Shown piece by piece: positions 14,272-14,342 of a stretch of DNA of 14,342 nucleotides (within the stretch, counting starts at the first letter, position 1; the number at the start of each line of letters is the position of its first letter). Location of the stretch: NCBI GenBank assembly GCA_045805065.1, contig JBJMMA010000261.1:1-14342 (forward strand), given 5' to 3'. The notes below the pieces were generated by a model that was given only the letters and a program-made list of their open reading frames with translations, was not told the DNA's origin and made no database searches. Both the position numbers and the translations under genes were made by a program. The stretch is from Bdellovibrionia bacterium. GTDB lineage: Bacteria > Bdellovibrionota > UBA1018.

Positions 14272-14342
14272 ATGCTGGAAAAAAATTGGCGTGATTTGAT
14301 TAGACCAAAGGCTTTGGACGTCGATAAAGAGACGCTCTCTCA
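14272..14342 (+). CDS. rpoA: RNA polymerase subunit alpha, 5' end (runs off the window)
   Basis: Hand translation MLEKNWRDLIRPKALDVDKETLS...; AGGAG SD at 14259-14263, 8 nt before the ATG; canonical position after rpsD; resembles deltaproteobacterial RpoA N-termini. Confidence 0.9.
   Translation, partial: MLEKNWRDLIRPKALDVDKETLS

Noticed and set aside
14046..14294. 82-aa + strand ORF, including the ATG at 14265 (MIDAGKKLA) as an rpoA start or frameshift
   Set aside because: Overlaps rpsD and the terminator; ATG 14265 is only 1 nt from the SD. ATG 14272 has proper spacing and gives an open RpoA-like frame, so no frameshift is needed.
1..14342. Mobile elements, introns/inteins, CRISPR arrays, tRNA/rRNA genes, or a novel enzymatic/defence system
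   Set aside because: Every stretch longer than about 160 nt is accounted for by an intact canonical gene; no repeat-spacer array, cloverleaf, transposase or large in-frame insertion was seen.

Overview
The window is a core housekeeping locus: an uninterrupted bacterial S10-spc-alpha ribosomal protein supercluster, entirely on the + strand. Gene order: rplC (3' part), rplD, rplW, rplB, rpsS, rplV, rpsC, rplP, rpmC, rpsQ, rplN, rplX, rplE, rpsN (type Z), rpsH, rplF, rplR, rpsE, rpmD, rplO, secY, adk, map, infA, rpmJ, rpsM, rpsK, rpsD, rpoA (5' end). rpmJ and the rpoA start are missing from the supplied ORF track and were read by hand. The secY-adk-map-infA-rpmJ order, the Zn-binding S4/S14/L24/L36/Adk forms and the RpoA N-terminus (KNWRDLIRPK) suggest a former-Deltaproteobacteria lineage such as Bdellovibrionota or Myxococcota (inference). 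I see no mobile element, RNA gene, CRISPR array or novel enzymatic system, and I do not claim one. The features worth follow-up are: (i) Ala/Lys/Pro-rich low-complexity extensions on many r-proteins, largest on uL5, uS17, uS11 and uL16; (ii) an N-terminally shortened uS4; (iii) several unusually long, structured intergenic regions, including an intrinsic terminator between rpsD and rpoA followed by a leader with competing folds; (iv) a short CGGAYTGA motif recurring at gene junctions. All RNA folds were paired by eye, not computed.
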